A stretch of DNA of 54,145 bases, counting the filler, from Streblomastix strix (taxonomy: Eukaryota): the NCBI GenBank assembly GCA_008636045.1. It is 3 parts of 3 records of this genome, joined end to end, with 100 filler letters (N's around TTAATTAATTAA, not from the genome) between each part and the next. Parts side by side here need not be neighbours in the genome. Positions count along the whole stretch, not along the records: positions 36,186 to 54,145 come from SNRW01000654.1; 2 more parts are not named here. One strand, given 5' to 3'. This document shows positions 53,921 to 54,145 of this stretch, piece after piece (the stretch's first letter is position 1; each line of letters begins with the position of its first letter). The notes under the pieces were generated by a model that was given only the letters and a program-made list of their open reading frames with translations, was not told the DNA's origin and searched no databases. The position numbers and the translations under genes were made by a program.

Positions 53921-54145
53921 GAGAAGATATTATTGGCGAAATTGGCACCATTTTCAAAATCGCTAGGTAATTAGACTCATTTGTCCCAGCCGTTAGAAAA
54001 ATCACGTTCCTCAATTAGGACGACGGAATAAATAACCAAAATAACAATTGATCTGAAAAATAAACGGTCTTCAAGAATCACGGGGATAATCAACGCAATA
54101 TCCTAGGCCCAAGCACAAACACATCAATTCATACCATATCTGGAG

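Noticed and set aside
320..53974. Most short ORFs in the supplied six-frame track
   Set aside because: They were computed with TAA/TAG as stops and are mostly fragments or antisense shadows of code-6 genes.

Overview
AT-rich eukaryotic DNA made of three unrelated ~18-kb contigs joined by artificial N44-TTAATTAATTAA-N44 spacers (17996-18095, 36086-36185). Genes only read through if TAA/TAG encode Gln and TGA is the sole stop (translation table 6), so the supplied standard-code ORF track is mostly misleading. Code 6, short GT-AG introns and abundant DIRS/Polinton relics suggest an oxymonad such as Streblomastix; this is an inference, and a ciliate or other code-6 protist is not excluded. Contig 1 holds a decayed gag-like ORF, a giant Vps8-like gene, a centrin-like gene, an intron-containing CcdA/DsbD-type transmembrane thiol-redox gene with a possible ER-retrieval tail, and a truncated low-complexity gene. 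Contig 2 holds a ~15-kb endogenous Polinton/Maverick-like virus with a D,D,D integrase, putative minor and major capsid genes, an adenovirus pVI-like peptide, two phage-type tail-fibre genes, an HNH nuclease and a packaging ATPase. Contig 3 holds an internally deleted DIRS1-type retrotransposon with ITRs, kinase and surface-protein pseudogenes, and a second, divergent Polinton-like element with a syntenic gene block and a protein-primed PolB carrying an HNH-like insert. All translations were done by eye; no database searches were run.
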